Of a DNA stretch of 64,000 bases, positions 62,135-64,000 are shown piece by piece. How positions within the stretch are numbered: the stretch's first letter is position 1; every line of letters starts with the position of its first letter. Position numbers and translations under genes: made by a program. A model generated the notes under the pieces. The model ran no database searches. It was not told the origin of the DNA and worked only from the letters and a program-made list of their open reading frames with translations. Origin of the DNA: Malacoraja senta. Lineage: Eukaryota. The DNA lies in assembly GCA_038087875.1 (NCBI GenBank), contig CM075997.1:4714001-4778000 (forward strand). Direction: 5' to 3'.

Positions 62135-62675
62135 ATTTGTTTTTGTTTTTTTTAATTAACCAAAAATAATTTATTCAATTAATTACAATAATATGTACAG
62201 TACGAAATAAATTAAAATAGAACTCACCACCTCAGTACAAGACAAACAAATATTCTTCAATACTAAATATTCTATTATAGAACTATATCACCATCCTTAT
62301 TGAGGATACATTCCATCCCCGCGGTGCCCAGCGGTCCCGGAAATCCCCCCAGGGCGCCCGTGGACAGCGCGTAGTCCCTCGCTAGCACCACCCGGGAGCG
62401 GACGTAACCCCGGAAAAGGGGCTCGGGCAGAGCCCTCTTCCGCCTGGCGCCGTGACTCGCGGACGGATGGCCAGCTTGGCCAGGCCCAGGAGCAACCCGA
62501 CCAGGACATCTTCAGCTCTACCCTCTCCCCTACGCACAGGGTGTCCACAGATGAGGACGGCGGGTGAGAATTGCAGCCAGAAGGCAAGGAGCAGCCCCTT
62601 TAGGTATTGGAACAGGGGCTGCAACCTCACACACTCCATGTACACGTGGAACACGGATTCCTCCAGCCCGCATAA
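62135..62675 (-). mobile_element. Tx1 (L1-clade) LINE 3' end
   Basis: CGLEESVFHVYMECVRLQPLFQYLKGLL..LLLGLAKLAI..FRDRWAP zinc-knuckle C-terminus, AT-rich 3' UTR and A-rich tail; smaller pieces at 32380-32475 and 39472-39530. Confidence 0.8.
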
Positions 62676-62855
62676 GTGGCGAGTCTCAGCGTGGACAAGG
62701 TGGGCCAAATGGCCTGTTTCTGTGCTGTATCTCTAAACTAAATTAAAAGCCAAGAGGCGCCATGTTTTGGCGCCATTTTCAAAGTCCAGTCCGTGCTCTA
62801 GTTATTATAAGTGGTGCCCGATCCAGGGGAACCCCAGGCTACTGCTGTAGTGTAA

Positions 62856-63349
62856 AGGGCCTGTCCCACTTGCATGCGATTGCGTGCGTTTGGCGCAACC
62901 AAACGGAAGCGGAGTTCAAGCGAAGTTCGCGCTAAGTACGCGCTAAGTTCGCGCTGTTCGCACGTGACGTCATTTGCGTCATGCTTACCAATCAGCTGGG
63001 CAGGAGGCGGGCCGACTGAATTTGGGCGTTGCACGGCGTCGGGCGTTGACGTCATCACGCAACGCCACGCCAGGCGGCGACATCATCGTGCGATGCCACG
63101 TGCTAGGCGTACGCCATCATGACGCTGCGTACGACCGCAATGCGCCTGCGGGCCGACAGGCCATTGGCGCGCGAAGATTTCGGCCACTGCAAGAATTTTG
63201 GAGCCTCGCGCGATGTGGAGACCAGCCCCGCACAACTCCGCGCTTCTAAGTGGGACCGGCCCCGCGCGGCCATACGGTGCCCGTACGCCTCAAGCGACCA
63301 CGAGGTCACGTAATTTGCGAGCCAAGGTCGCGTAAGTGGGACAGGCCCT
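62856..63349. mobile_element. PIF/Harbinger-type MITE (related to family 1)
   Basis: TIRs agggcctgtcccactt / aagtgggacaggccct; TAA TSD. Confidence 0.9.
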
Positions 63350-63544
63350 TAAGGGTAAACAGACAATATCAGCCAAAATGGAGTTATCTGCTAAATTAGC
63401 AGCTCTACATTCCATATCCTTCGACAACAAGACTCAAACTCACCATCTGGGCTTATATTTACTTGAATTTAAAAGGATGAGAGGGTATCTTATAGAAACA
63501 TATAAAATTCTTAAGGGATTGGACAGGCAAGACGCAGGAAAAAT

Positions 63545-63760
63545 GTTTAGGAAGGGACTGCAGATGCTGGTTTAAACCAAAGATAGACACAAAAAGCTGG
63601 AGTAACTCAGTGGGACAGCCAGCATCTCTGGAGAGAAGGTTTAGGTGACGTTTCGGGTTGCGTCTGAAGAAGGGTCTCGACCCGAAACTTCACCCATTCC
63701 TTCTCTCTAGAGATGCTGCCTGTCCCGCTGAGTTATTCCAGCATTTTGTGTTTATCTTCC
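63545..63760. mobile_element. PLE terminal fold-back
   Basis: Inverted arms joined at gtttcgggttgc-gtctgaagaagggtctcgacccgaaac. Confidence 0.83.
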
Positions 63761-64000
63761 GCATGTACACGTGACAATAAAGTAAACTGAACACGGACAA
63801 CATAGAACAGAGTACAGCACAGGAAGAGGCCCTTCGGCCCGCTATGTCCGTGCCCAACATGATCCCAAAGCGAACTAATCTCCTCTGCCTGCAGGAAAAA
63901 ATGTTTCTCCAAGTTGGGGGAGTCCAGAACCAGGGGTCGCAGTTTAAGAATAAGGTGTCGATCATGACAGATAAGGAAGGGAGATACCTTATAGTTACCG

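Overview
Eukaryotic, almost entirely repeat-derived DNA. The repeat families (HE1-like V-SINEs sharing a 3' end with HER1/CR1-type LINEs) point to a cartilaginous fish, probably a skate or ray; this is an inference. I found no host protein-coding exon, rRNA, true tRNA or CRISPR array. The window holds about 30 V-SINE copies, about 20 CR1 LINE fragments, roughly 45-50 Penelope-like (PLE) terminal fragments and one long decayed PLE (RT + Cys linker + GIY-YIG). It also holds nine PIF/Harbinger-type MITEs with TAA/TTA target duplications, a dead Tc1 transposon, Rex1, Tx1 and RTE fragments, mini- and microsatellites and two 200-N gaps. Copy counts are by eye. The most notable signal is a minimal hammerhead-ribozyme motif (CUGAAGA-stem II-GAAACGUC) in the PLE terminal repeat; many PLE insertions are head-to-head fold-backs whose symmetry centre lies in or beside that motif. 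Also noteworthy: a ~140-bp headless RTE-like retroposon, a bipartite RTE element, a diverged local tandem duplication, a teleost-like Tc1 (possible horizontal transfer) and several repeat-free islands that look like conserved non-coding enhancers.
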